Origin: Macrostomum lignano
Taxonomy: Eukaryota
NCBI GenBank assembly: GCA_002269645.1
Contig: NIVC01001847.1
Span: 62,001-126,000, forward strand
DNA: 64,000 nucleotides
Direction: 5' to 3'
Positions 25,801 to 41,689 of the stretch are shown in pieces (position 1 is the stretch's first letter; the number at the start of each line of letters is the position of its first letter). The translations under genes and the position numbers were made by a program. The notes beneath the pieces were generated by a model. The model saw nothing but the letters and a program-made list of their open reading frames with translations, did no database searches and was not told the DNA's origin.

Positions 25801-28800
25801 AACCACTGGATTATCTGCGAAATAAGCTCAAGAAACTATTAGAATAGATAAGGAAGATAGAGTAGATGAAGTAGGGATGCGGCGGAGTCTGAAATTGCAA
25901 TGCGAGGATTCTGCCTCCTCTCACAAGCCACTCTACATCTCTTACTCAGTGGGGATCTGGGCAGATAGACGGGTGTCTAATTTAGCGTCCTAGCAGTGTG
26001 ACAGTGTAGCGAGAGTAGGGTTGAGTGCGGAATCTCACTTCACCCTCTTATCTATTATCTTGAATTAGTTGTGTCCGTTCGTGCAGCAAATCTGAGGGAC
26101 TCAACAGTGGCTGGAATCGATTTGATGCCAGTCATGGAGGCCTGCGATATTGGGTCTGGAGTGGGGACCGACTGTGTCTGGCTGTCCTTCCTCTGTCTCC
26201 ATCTGCCTCTCCTGTAGCTCCCTCTCTGTCTCCATCTGCCTCTCCTGTAGCTCCCTCTCTGTCTCCATCTGCCTCTCCTGTAGCTCCCTCTCTGTCTCCA
26301 TCTGCCTCTCCTGTAGCTCCCTCTCTGTCTCCATCTGCCTCTCCTGTAGCTCCCTCTCTGTCTACATCTGCCTCTCCTGTAGCTCCCTCACTGTCTCCAT
26401 CTGCCTCTCCTGTAGCTCCCTCTCTGTCTCCATCTGCCTCTCCTGTAGCTCCCTCTCTGTCTCCATCTGCCTCTCCTGTAGCTCCCTCTCTGTCTCCATC
26501 TGCCTCTCCTGTAGCTCCCTCTCTGTCTCCATCTGCCTCTCCTGTAGCTCCCTCTCTGTCTCCATCTGCCTCTCCTGTAGCTCCCTCTCTGTCTCCATCT
26601 GCCTCTCCTGTAGCTCCCTCTCTGTCTCCATCTGCCTCTCCTGTAGCTCCCTCTCTGTCTCCATCTGCCTCTCCTGTAGCTCCCTCTCTGTCTCCATTTG
26701 CCTCTCCTGTAGCTCCCTCTCTGTCTCCATCTGCCTCTCCTGTAGCTCCCTCTCTGTCTCCATCTGCCTCTCCTGTAGCTCCCTCACTGTCTTCATTTGC
26801 CTCTCCTGTAGCTCCCTCTCTGTCTCCATCTGCCTCTCCTGTAGCTCCCTCTCTGTCTCCATCTGCCTCTCCTGTAGCTCCCTCTCTGTCTCCATCTGCC
26901 TCTCCTGTAGCTCCCTCTCTGTCTCCATTTGCCTCTCCTGTAGCTCCCTCTCTGTCTCCATCTGCCTCTCCTGTAGCTCCCTCTCTGTCTCCATCTGCCT
27001 CTCCTGTAGCTCCCTCACTGTCTTCATTTGCCTCTCCTGTAGCTCCCTCTCTGTCTCCATCTGCCTCTCCTGTAGCTCCCTCTCTGTCTACATCTGCCTC
27101 TCCTGTAGCTCCCTCTCTGTCTCCATCTGCCTCTCCTGTAGCTCCCTCTCTGTCTCCATCTGCCTCTCCTGTAGCTCCCTCTCTGTCTCCATCTGCCTCT
27201 CCTGTAGCTCCCTCTCTGTCTGTCTCCATCTGCCTCTCCTGTAGCTCCCTCTCTGTCTCCATCTGCCTCTCCTGTAGCTCCCTCTCTGTCTCCATCTGCC
27301 TCTCCTGTAGCTCCCTCTCTGTCTCCATCTGCCTCTCCTGTAGCTCCCTCTCTGTCTCCATCTGCCTCTCCTGTAGCTCCCTCTCTGTCTCCATCTGCAT
27401 CTCCATCTGCATCTCCTTCTGCATCTCATGTCTGCTAAATTCAGTTTTCCAATCTTTTAAATGAATCATTTAAGTTTCCAATCCAGATTTACAATTATAA
27501 TTAAGAGTCCATGGTATTCCTCGCAGTCTCCGCATTCACCTGTACAGTAGCTAATTTAGTCTCGAAAGATAGATCAAAGAATTCAGGATTAAAAGATTAA
27601 AAGAATTTTTTCATCCGCATCAAGTCTTCTGGGAAATCATAGGGATAGTCGTGACTGAATCCTGGCTTTTGCTATCTTCTGGTAGTCTTCTAGTTTTCTG
27701 AATCCTTTACGAAAAAAATGATTAACTTTCAGGATGAGGTTAACCAAGTGCTGACTACCAATGTCTGGCTGGAGCAGGTGAGTCTAGCTGTGCTTGTTTT
27801 CCTGGGATCTATCCGCTAGCTCCTGAGCGCATGCAAGTGAGCCAATACTGTACTCAGGCACAGCACTCAAACACACGCTCAAACTTGGGTGTACTTTGAC
27901 TTTATAATCGTCAGGCATTTACACTCTCCGTGTCTGATTGAAAAAATATCTGTGCAGCTTCACTTGGCTTAACTGCCAATATCTTGACAGGTGTCGGGTG
28001 TTGAAATAAACGATAACTTTCGTTTATGACTCGCAACGGCAACTGCCTGCGTTCCCACCTACTTGGGATTGGCAGTGTAAAACTTTTTGGGGATTTTTTA
28101 TCGGCATCCGCTGGCCGGGTTCGTGCGAAAGGATGTTAGAAAATTTTCAGGATAAGATAGTAAAAGTCTGCTTATTCGGGCTGGTGAAGATTCGGGCTGG
28201 TGAAGATTCGGGCTGGTGAAGATTCGGGCTGGTGAAGATTCGGGCTGGTGAAGATTCGGGCTGGGGAAGATTCGGGTTTGTAAAGATTCGGATTAGTGAA
28301 GGTTCGGGTTAGTGAAGATTCGGGTTAGTGAAGATTCGGGTTAGTGAAGATTCGGGTTGGTGAAGATTCGGATTGAAGATTCGGGTTGGTGAAGATTCGG
28401 GTTTGTAAAGATTCGGATTAGTGAAGATTCGGGTTGGTGAAGATTCAGGTTATTGAAGATTCGGGTTGGTGAAGATTCGGGTTAGTGAAGGTTCGGATTG
28501 AAGATTTGGGTTGGTGAAGATTCGGGTTTGTAAAGATTCGGATTAGTGAAGGTTCGGGTTGGTGAAGATTCAGGTTATTGAAGATTTGGGTTGGTGAAGA
28601 TTCGGGTTGGTGAAGATTCGGGTTGGTGACGATTCGGGTTGGTGAAAATTCGGGTTGATGAAGATTTGGGTTGGTGAAATTCAGATTAGTGAAGATTCGG
28701 GCTGGTGAAGATTCCGGTTGACAAAGTTGTCAGACCAATATCAAGCCTGCCCCATCAAGGACTACTAGTGATCCTTGCATTGTAGAACAGAGTTTGTATT

Positions 28801-31800
28801 TCAACAGACTCAAGATTTTGCAAATGAAATTCTATTCAAATTAGATCTTAGCTGACAAGCCTGGATAGCATTTCTAGGACAATTATGCTAAACAGTTTAG
28901 CAGCGATCGCGAGCAGCCCCGATTCCCTCCTATTTCTAGGAATGGCACGACGAGCGACTGCACTGGGATCCCAAGGAGTACAACGGATTGGAAATCTTGC
29001 GCATTCCCTGTCAGAAGATTTGGCTGCCCGATATTGTACTTTATAATAGGTGAGCCTGTCCGAGTTCTGCTACTGACCATTAGTAGGCAAGCTGAGCATT
29101 TTGTTGCCGTTTTTTGTAAAAGTGCCGAAAAAAAGATTTAAATCGCTAAAAAATTACTGATTAGCCTAGCCTAATTTACAAAATTTTTATTACAAAATTT
29201 CCCCAAATAAATTTTACTGTCTTCAGCGCCGATGACTTCACCACGGGCTACATGCAGAGCAAGGCGATGGTCGATGCGAACGGCACCGTGTTCTGGCCGC
29301 CGCCGGCCAAGCTCAGATCGACCTGCAAAATCGACATCACTTATTTCCCATTCGACGACCAGGTGTGCACGATGAAATTCGGCTCGTGGACCTACGACGG
29401 ATTTCAAGTTAACATCACCAAGAAGTGAGAAGATTGTTTTAGCTTTTTTCAATTGGAAAGACGAAAAACTCAATTCATGCTACTCAAGGTAAATCGCGAA
29501 AACTAAAATTTCAGGCGGGATGAGGTTGACTTTCAAAATTATGTTCAAAGTGGAGAGTGGAATCTGATTAGAATCGATGTGGAGCGACAGGAGGTGAGAC
29601 AATTAATTAATGATAAAATAATTGTGTTAGTCTCCAAGTTCTATAGGTTGAGCAACTTTTTGAAACAATCAACTTTTGATTTTTAAGTTTCTAATAATAA
29701 CAATGCGTTTGCACGGGCAAGTGTCTCTCCCGAACGTACACTCTGAGCCTCCACCTTATCTTGCATTTCATCTCTCTCCCCGAATGTACACTCTGAGCCT
29801 CCACCTTATCTTGCATTTCATCTCTCTCCCGAACGTACACTCTGAGCCTCCACCCTATCTTGGCATTTCATCTCTCTCCCGAACGTACACTCTGAGCCTC
29901 CACCCTATCTTGGCATTTCATCTCTCTCCCGAACGTACACTCTGAGCCTCCACCCTATCTTGGTATTTCATCTCTCTCCCGAACGTACACTCTGAGCCTC
30001 CACCCTATCTTGGTATTTCATCTCTCTCCCGAACGTACACTCTGAGCCTCCACCCTATCTTGGTATTTCATCTCTCTCCCGAACGTACACTCTGAGCCTC
30101 CACCCTATCTTGGCATTTCATCTCTCTCCCGAACGTACACTCTGAGCCCTCCACCTTTTCTTGGCAATTTATCTCTCTATCCCGAATGTACACTCTGAGC
30201 CCTCCACCTTATCTTGCATTTCATCTCTCTCCCCCGGATGTACACTCTGAGCCCTCCACCCTATCTTCGCATTTCATCTCTCTCCCCGAATGTACACTCT
30301 GAGCACTCCACCCTATCTTGGCATTTCATCTCTCTCCCCCGGATGTACACTCTGAGCCCTCCACCCTATCTTCGCATTTCAGCTCTCTCCCCGAATGTAC
30401 ACTCTGAGCACTCCACCCTATCTTGGCATTTCATCTCTCTCCCCCGGATGTACACTCTGAGCCCTCCACCCTATCTTGGCATTTCATCTCTCTTCCCCGG
30501 ATGTACACTCTGAGCTATCCACCCTATCTTGGCATTTCATCTCTCTCCCCCGGATGTACACTCTGAGCCCTCCACTCTATCTTGGCATTTCATCTCTCTC
30601 CCCCGGATGTACACTCTGAGCCCTCCACCCTATCTTCGCATTTCAGCTCTCTCCCCGAATGTACACTCTGAGCACTCCACCCTATCTTGGCATTTCATCT
30701 CTCTCCCCCGGATGTACACTCTGAGCCCTCCACCCTATCTTCGCATTTCATCTCTCTCCCCGGATGTACACTCTGAGCCCTCCACCCTATCTTCGCATTT
30801 CATCTCTCTCCCCGAATGTACACTCTGAGCACTCCACCCTATCTTCGCATTTCATCTCTCTCCCCGGATGTACACTCTGAGCCCTCCACCCTATCTTGGC
30901 ATTTCATCTCTCTCCCCCGGATGTACACTCTGAGCCCTCCACCCTATCTTGGCATTTCATCTCTCTCCCAAGTGTACCACCCTCGCAATAATGTGCGCCA
31001 TGCTCAACCCGCAGACCATCTACCCAATCAGTCCGGTACCCTACCCGGACATCAAGTTCCACATCGTGATCAGACGCCGAACCCTTTACTACCTGTTCAA
31101 CATCATCTTTCCCTGCCTGTGGCTCACCGTTCTCAGCCTGCTGGGATTCTGGCTGCCGCCTGATTCGGGCGAGAAGATCACCCTGGGCATCACGGTGCTG
31201 CTGGCCTTCTCAGTGTTCATGCTGCTCATTGCTGAGAACATGCCAGCCACTAGCGAATTCGTTCCGCTCATTGGTGAGAGCTCAGCTCGTCGCTGTTTAT
31301 TGAAGCTTTTTATTCCTGTCTTGGAGAGCATTGTGGAGCCATTGTTTCAATACCAATCTAAAATTGGAGTTCGTATCTAATCATTACAGTCAAATCTACT
31401 CAAATCCGCCCCAATCTACTCAAATCCGCCCCAATCTACCTAAATCTGCTCCAATCTACTCAAATCCGCCCCAATCTACCTATATCTGCTCCAATCTACC
31501 TAAATCCGCCCCAATCTACCTAAATCCGCCCCAATCTACCTAAATCCGCCCCAATCTACCTAAATCCGCCCCAATCTACCTAAATCCGCCCTAATCTACC
31601 TAAATCCGCCCTAATCTACCTAAATCCGCCCCAATCTACCTAAATCCGCCCTAATCTACCTAAATCCGCCCCAATCTACCTAAATCCGCCCCAATCTACC
31701 TAAATCCGCCCTAATCTACCTAAATCCGCCCCAATCTACCTAAATCCGCCCCAATCTACCTAAATCCGCCCCAATCTACCTAAATCCACCCTAATCTACC

Positions 31801-32682
31801 TAAATCCGCCCCAATCTACCTAAATCCGCCCCAATCTACCTAAATCCGCCCCAATCTACCTAAATCCACCCCAATCTACTCAAATCCGCCCCAATCTACC
31901 TAAATCCACCCCAATCTACCTAAATCCGCCCCAATCTACCTAAATCCGCCCCAATCTACCTAAATCCACCCCAATCTACCTAAATCCGCCCCAATCTACC
32001 TAAATAAAATTCGGTTGAGTTCATCTCAATCTTCAATTCAAAAACCGACCCTGAACTCCGGGCCGCAGGCATCTACCTGACTGTCACAATGTCCACCACC
32101 TCGCTGTCGATCGTCCTGACGGTGTTCGTGCTCCACCTGCACCACATCGGCCCGAACGACCGGCCGGTGCCGGCAGCCATCAAGCGGATTTTGTTCCGCA
32201 GTCTGGCGCCGCTGCTCTGCATGTCCTCCGTGGCGCGCTACGAGCGCAAGGCGCGTCGGCGGCGCCAGCGCTTCGAGGAGACGCAGAGCCGGCTGGCGTA
32301 CGGCGCCGGCGACTCTGACACCGCCTTGGACGACGCCGACACCGCTGAGACCGACGCCTGCAACGGCGCATCAGCGGAGAAGTCGCCAACGGCTTCGACG
32401 AGATTCTCGACGACCGCCGGGACGTCGCCGGTCGGCCCCAGCGGCGACCCCGCAGTGCCGCTGTACCGCCGTCGGCTGCGCCAGTACGACCAGCTGCAGC
32501 GGCACCTGCGGATGCTGATCCGCCGTCAGGCCGAGGACGAGGCCGTCCAGATGATCATCAGCGACTGGCGGATGCTGGCCTTCATTGTCGACCGCCTGCT
32601 GTTCTGGCTGTTCCTGCTGGCCGCCTGCATGTCCACCATCATCATCCTGGTCATCATGCCGCTGTTCAAGAAGGTCGCCTAG
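22877..32682 (+). CDS. Nicotinic acetylcholine receptor subunit (Cys-loop channel), non-alpha type, cation-selective motif; isoform B, about 525 aa
   Basis: Exons 22877-22991, 24895-25052, 27733-27777, 28940-29049, 29227-29424, 29515-29593, 31015-31273 and 32069-32682, all GT-AG and phase-compatible (1578 nt). Motifs: [11 protein letters not shown], Cys-loop [40 protein letters not shown] (TM2), TM4 DRLLFWLF. The 45- and 110-nt exons match conserved nAChR exon sizes. Loop C reads YPISPVPY with no vicinal CC. Confidence 0.9.
23143..23826. repeat. 14-bp minisatellite (nAChR intron 1B)
   Basis: Unit TGTGCAGTTTGAGA with TTTGTGA and CTTGTGA variants. Confidence 0.95.
24260..24478 (+). CDS. Alternative first exon A of the nAChR gene (signal peptide plus N-terminal helix and beta1), splicing to 27733; isoform A, about 507 aa
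   Basis: [73 protein letters not shown], followed by donor GTGAGC at 24479 in phase 0, matching the 27733 acceptor. Confidence 0.8.
25059..25625. repeat. 19/20-bp C-rich minisatellite starting a few bases after the exon B2 donor
   Basis: Unit CCCTCCGCCCCTCTGCCTG. Confidence 0.95.
26200..27420. repeat. 33-bp minisatellite, about 36 copies (nAChR intron)
   Basis: Unit CTCCATCTGCCTCTCCTGTAGCTCCCTCTCTGT. Confidence 0.95.
28174..28720. repeat. 16-bp minisatellite (nAChR intron)
   Basis: Unit CTGGTGAAGATTCGGG, drifting to TTGGT/TTAGT variants. Confidence 0.92.
29722..30971. repeat. 50-53-bp minisatellite, about 24 copies (nAChR intron)
   Basis: Unit GAACGTACACTCTGAGCCTCCACCCTATCTTGGCATTTCATCTCTCTCCC. 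Confidence 0.95.
31388..32005. repeat. 20-bp minisatellite (last nAChR intron)
   Basis: Unit CCAATCTACCTAAATCCGCC. Confidence 0.95.
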
Positions 32683-32737
32683 GCACCCCGCTGAGCTGAG
32701 GGCTTGCCGAGCACTTTTGAAACTATTTCTATGAGGC

Positions 32738-33616
32738 TCTCCTTCCGCCCCCTGACGGATTCTCCTTCCGCCCCTGACGGATTCTCCTTCCGCCCCCTGA
32801 CGGATTCTCCTTCCGTCCCCTGACGGATTCTCCTTCCGCCCCCTGACGGATTCTCCTTCCGCCCCTATCGGATTCTCCTTCCGCCCCCTGACGGATTCTC
32901 CTTCCGCCCCTGACGGATTCTCCTTCCGCCCCCCATCGGATTCTCCTTCCGCCCCCTGACGGATTCTCCTTCCGCCCCCTGACGGATTCTCCTTCCGCCC
33001 CCTGACGGATTCTCCTTCCGCCCCCTGACGGATTCTCCTTCCGCCCCCTGACGGATTCTCCTTCGCCCCTGACGGATTCTCCTTCCGCCCCCCATCGGAT
33101 TCTCCTTCGCCCCTGACGGATTCTCCTTCCGCCCCCTGACGGATTCTCCTTCCGCCCCCTATCGGATTCTCCTTCCGTCCCCTGACGGATTCTCCTTCCG
33201 CCCCCTGACGGATTCTCCTTCCGCCCCTGACGGATTCTCCTTCCGCCCCCCATCGGATTCTCCTTCCGTCCCCTGACGGATTCTCCTTCCGCCCCCTGAC
33301 GGATTCTCCTTCCGCCCCCTATCGGATTCTCCTTCCGCCCCCTGACGGATTCTCCTTCCGCCCCCTGACGGATTCTCCTTCCGCCCCCCATCGGATTCTC
33401 CTTCCGCCCCCCATCGGATTCTCCTTCGCCCCTGACGGATTCTCCTTCCGCCCCCCATCGGATTCTCCTTCGCCCCTGACGGATTCTCCTTCCGCCCCCT
33501 ATCGGATTTTCCTTCCGCCCCCTGACGGATTCTCCTTCCGCCCCCTGACGGATTCTCCTTCCGCCCCCCTGACGGATTCTACTTCCGCCCCCTGACGGAT
33601 TCTCCTTCCGCCCCTC
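32738..33616. repeat. 21-24-bp minisatellite downstream of the nAChR stop
   Basis: Unit CTGACGGATTCTCCTTCCGCCCC with variable C-run. Confidence 0.95.
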
Positions 33617-34044
33617 TTCTAATTTACAAAAACAATGCAGCTCTATAAGGTTCATTTATATGTCGAATATACACAGTCCATAAATGTTTAAACTATTTCA
33701 ATGTAAATTTTTTCCATCCTTTTCCAATGCACTCCATAAATAGTTAGCTACTCGTAGTAGTTAATACTGAGAAGGCGCCCTTCTGTGCAATAATCTCACT
33801 CATGTTTACATTTTGTTACATCTATCAACAATTCAATTTCTTTATCAACTTTGTCGGTTAATGCAAGAACTACCCAGTACAAATCAGTTATAAAATTATC
33901 AATGTTTATTAGCTAGTTGATTAACTTTAAGTAGTCATATCTTTCATTTTTACTCTTTTCTGATGCTAGATATATGTTTCAGAAATCTTATCTTCTGTAA
34001 TCTCATTAACCTAAAAGAGGCCCCACGGCATCCGATACTTTTAT

Positions 34045-34695
34045 CCCGAAATCCGCCCCTAATATTCAGAAATCCGCCCCTAAAATTCAGAAATCCGCCC
34101 CCCTATTATTCAGAAATCCCCCCTGTTTATCAGAAATCCGCCCCCCTATTATTCAGAAATCCCCCCTGTTTATCAGAAATCCGCCCCCCCTATTATTCAG
34201 AAATCCCCCCTGTTTATCAGAAATCCGCCCCCCTATTATTCAGAAATCCCCCCTGTTTATCAGAAATCCGCCCCCCTATTATTCAGAAATCCCCCCTGTT
34301 TATCAGAAATCCGCCCCCTATTTATCAGAAATCCGCCCCCCTATTATTCAGAAATCCCCCCTGTTTATCAGAAATCCGCCCCCCCCCCCCTATTATTCAG
34401 AAATCCCCCCTGTTTATCAGAAATCCGCCCCCCTATTATTCAGAAATCCCCCCTGTTTATCAGAAATCCGCCCCTAATATTCAGAAATCCGCCCCTAATA
34501 TTCAGAAATCCGCCCCTAATATTCAGAAATCCGCCCCTAATATTCAGAAATCCGCCCCTAATATTCAGATATCTGCCCCTATACTCAGAAATCCGCCCCC
34601 TTTTATTCAGAAATCCTCCCCCTCTATTATTCAGAAATCCGCCCCCTATTTATCAGAAATCCGCCCCTCTGTTATTCAGAAATCCGCCCCCCCCT
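34045..34695. repeat. Compound 21-24-bp minisatellite
   Basis: Units ATTCAGAAATCCGCCCCTAAT and TTATCAGAAATCCGCCCCCCTATTATTCAGAAATCCCCCCTGT. Confidence 0.9.
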
Positions 34696-34799
34696 ATTGC
34701 TCGTGATTTTTCGTGATAAAGACTACTGCATATTAGCTACAGTAGATAATTGACAATAGACAGTAGGGTAGACAGTGAAGTAGATAGTATTGGATTGGC

Positions 34800-35612
34800 A
34801 CTGGAAAGACACTGGAGTAGACACTGGAGTAGACACTGGAGTAGACACTGGAGTAGACACTGGAGTAGACACTGGAGTAGACATTGGAGTAGACACTGGA
34901 GTAGACACTGGAGTACACATTAGAGTAGACACTGGAGTAGACATTGGAGTAGACACTGGAGTAGACACTGGAGTAGACACTGGAGTAGACATTGGAGTAG
35001 ACACTGGAGTAGACATTGGAGTAGACATTAGAGTAGACACTGGAGTAGACACTGGAGTAGACATTGGAGTAGACACTGGAGTAGACATTGGAGTAGACAC
35101 TGGAGTAGACATTGGAGTAGACACTGGAGTAGACACTGGAGTAGACATTAGAGTAGACACTGGAGTAGACACTGGAGTAGACACTGGAGTAGACATTGGA
35201 GTAGACACTGGAGTAGACATTGGAGTAGACACTGGAGTAGACATTGGAGTAGACACTGGAGTAGACACTGGAGTAGACATTAGAGTAGACACTGGAGTAG
35301 ACACTGGAGTAGACACTGGAGTAGACATTAGAGTAGACACTGGAGTAGACACTGGAGTAGACATTGGAGTAGACACTGGAGTAGACACTGGAGTAGACAC
35401 TGGAGTAGACACTGGAGTAGACACTGGAGTAGACACTGGAGTAGACACTGGAGTAGACACGGAGGTAGACAATGAGGTAGACACTGGAGTAGACACTGGG
35501 TAGACACTGGAGTAGACACTGGGTAGACAATGAGGTAGACACTGGAGTAGACACTGGGTAGACAATGAGGTAGACACTGGAGTAGACACTGGGTAGACAA
35601 TGAGGTAGACAT
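34800..35612. repeat. 12-bp minisatellite
   Basis: Unit GTAGACACTGGA with ATTGGA, ATTAGA and AATGAG variants. Confidence 0.95.
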
Positions 35613-35901
35613 TTGAATCAGGCGAGGTTGCCTGAATGGTAAAACTAGAAAAATTTTTACTTTCCTTTAGCTTACTAAGAGTAGTAAAATTCAGACCTTT
35701 TAGCTGAGGCAGTTTGTCGCTGTATTTATAAAGTCAAACTGGGTCTCGGCTGGGCCCAGCAGCAGGTCCAGCTGGTCACTGCAGGGCGTCAGATAAAGAG
35801 ACATGAAACCCGACACATGGCTGGAAAGACGAAGCCGATAACAAAGAAAGTCGGGCCGACCAATCAGGATATTAAACAGTTTATTTAAATTCAAGGCTAC
35901 C

Positions 35902-36931
35902 TACAACCATCCACAACCATCAACAACCATCCACAGCCTCCCACAAACATCCACAATCATCCACAACCATCCACAACCATCCTCAACCAATCCACAACCA
36001 ATCCACAACCATCCACAACCATCCTCAACCAATCCAAAACCATCCACAACCATCCTCAACCAATCCACAACCATCCACAACCATCCACAACCATCCTCAA
36101 CCAATCCACAACCATCCACAACCATCCACAACCATCCACAACCATCCACAACCATCCACAGCCTCCCACAAACATCTACAATCATCCACAACCATCCACA
36201 GCCTCCCACAACCATCCACAACCATCCTCAAACAATCCACAACCATCTACAACCATCCTCGACCAATTCACAACCATCCACAACCATCCACAACCATCCA
36301 CAACCATCCACAGCCTCCCACAAACATCCACAACCATCCACAACCATCCACAACCATCCTCAACCATCCACAACCAATCCACAACCATCCACAGCCTCCC
36401 ACAACCATCCACAACCATCCTCAAACAATCCACAACCAATCCACAACCATCCTCGACCAATCCACAACCATTCACAACCAATCCACAACCATCCACAACC
36501 ATCCACAACCATCCACAACCAATCCACAACCATCCACAATCATCCACAGCCTCCCAGAAACATCCACAATCATCCACAACCATCCACAGCCTCCCACAAA
36601 CATCCACAATCATCCACAACCATCCACAGCCTCCCACAAACATCCACAATCATCCACAACCAATCCACAACCATCCACAGCCTCCCACAACCATCCACAG
36701 CCTCCCACAACCATCCACAACCAATCCACAACCAATCCACAACCATCCACAACCATCCACAGCCTCCCACACCCAATCCACAATCAATCCACAACCATCC
36801 ACAACCATCCACAACCATCCACAACCATCCACAACCATCCACAACCATTCACAACCATCCACAACCATTCACAACCATCCACAACCATTCACAACCATCC
36901 ACAACCATCCACAACCATCCACAACCATCCA
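35902..36931. repeat. 10-bp CA-rich minisatellite
   Basis: Unit ACAACCATCC with AATCC and GCCTCC variants. Confidence 0.93.
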
Positions 36932-37429
36932 TAAATATAAAACATCACCCGGAAGAGGACCATATGCAAGCTGACAAAATCCCTCCAGCTCATACCTCCA
37001 GAGCCCGTGCATAAAAAGTTATTTGTATCAAATAAATTTGTCTATGAAATTTACCACAAGAAAGACAACACAAAAATAAAAAGATATTGACTTCATCGAG
37101 CAGAACTGTTTTTTCAACAGTGAATAAAGGACTGATGCAGAATAACAAAAGCAATTTGACTGATGCTTACTATTTCAAGCTGAAATGTCAACAATGGCCT
37201 AAATTAAACTTCATTGCGTCTGAAGGAAAGTATATGTACAATGACAACAACAGAAATTCTATTGAATACATAAATATTGTGTACTTACTCAGAATTAAAT
37301 AGTTGCATGTACTTATCATCAATATAACTAAAGGTAATCATAAACTCAGCAAGTAGTATGTAGATTCTTAGTACGCTCGTACATGGATACCAACTCGTAA
37401 TCACTCAGTGCTCTATCATTGAATTTGCT

Positions 37430-37990
37430 TCGAGGTATAGTACATAGATACAAAAGTACAAAGTGTCTTTTAATTACATTGACTGCAGGGTTTAGTACAT
37501 CGATACAAAAGTACATAGTGTCCTTTAATCATAAACTGCAGGTTTAGTACATCGATACAAAAGTACACAGTGTCTTTTAGTTATAATATTGACTGCGGGT
37601 TTAGTACATCCATGCAAAGGTACATAGTGTCCTCTAATTATATTGACTGCAGGGTTCTGCAGGGTTTATTACATTGATACGAAAGTACATAGCGTCCTTT
37701 AATTATATTGTCTGCAGCGTTTAGCACATCGATACAAAAGTACATAGTGTCCTTTAATTATATTGACTGCGGGATTTAGTACATCGATACGCTCGTACAA
37801 AGTACACAGTGTCCTTTAATTATTTTGTCTGTCTGCAAGGTTTAGTACATCGATACAAAAGTACACAGTGTCCTTCAATTATATTGACTGCAGGGTTTAG
37901 TACATCAGTACTACGAGCCGTAAAGTAAACAGAGCCCTCCGATTGACTGTAGGGTTTAATACATCGATACAAAAGTACATAGTGTCCTAT
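37430..37990. repeat. Diverged minisatellite of about 55 bp, about 10 copies
   Basis: Consensus GGGTTTAGTACATCGATACAAAAGTACATAGTGTCCTTTAATTATATTGACTGCA. Confidence 0.85.
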
Positions 37991-38066
37991 AAAATTGACA
38001 AGTCTCTTAGCTCGTAGAAGTCAGTATCATGCTAAAGCTAAAAAGCATTCAACTTTTCTTCAACAA

Positions 38067-41235
<3,169 letters not shown>

Positions 41236-41237
41236 GC

Positions 41238-41362
41238 TCAGATTGATAGATTGATAGATTGATAGATTGATAGATTGATAGATTGATAGATTGATAGATT
41301 GATAGATTGATAGATTGATAGATTGATTGATTGATTGATAGATTGATAGAGGAATTGATAGA
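41238..41362. repeat. 8-bp microsatellite (GATTGATA)n immediately upstream of the homeobox ATG
   Basis: Seen directly in the sequence. Confidence 0.92.
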
Positions 41363-41689
41363 TCTTAGATATCGCCGCTGATATTTTATCAATCCAGAAT
41401 TTGCTTTTTCTGCTTTTTTTCAGTCTCATTTTAAGCAACCCCATCAGCCAGCTCTCATAACTCTGCCTGTGGTTTCTCGTCATTGGCTGCGATTTTCCGG
41501 CCACATCCTCAAAGCAAGATTTAGTTAGGATTTAGCGTTCGATGCTAAGATTTGGATGACATAGAGGTTCTATCAGTTGAAAAAAATCGAATTTGGTATT
41601 ACTATTAATAATAGGAAATTTACGATTATTAATTTCTTGAAACTGCAGTATCCGATGAGCATTGCAACTTCTCTTATTGTCGTCAAACA

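Noticed and set aside
29722-30971. CRISPR-like appearance of the 40-55-bp arrays
   Set aside because: The units are head-to-tail with no unique spacers, there are no cas genes, and the context is eukaryotic intron.
30949-31014. Upstream acceptor at 30972 adding [14 protein letters not shown] to loop C
   Set aside because: The 31014 acceptor gives canonical loop C length and alignment. The upstream site cannot be excluded as a minor form but has no support.
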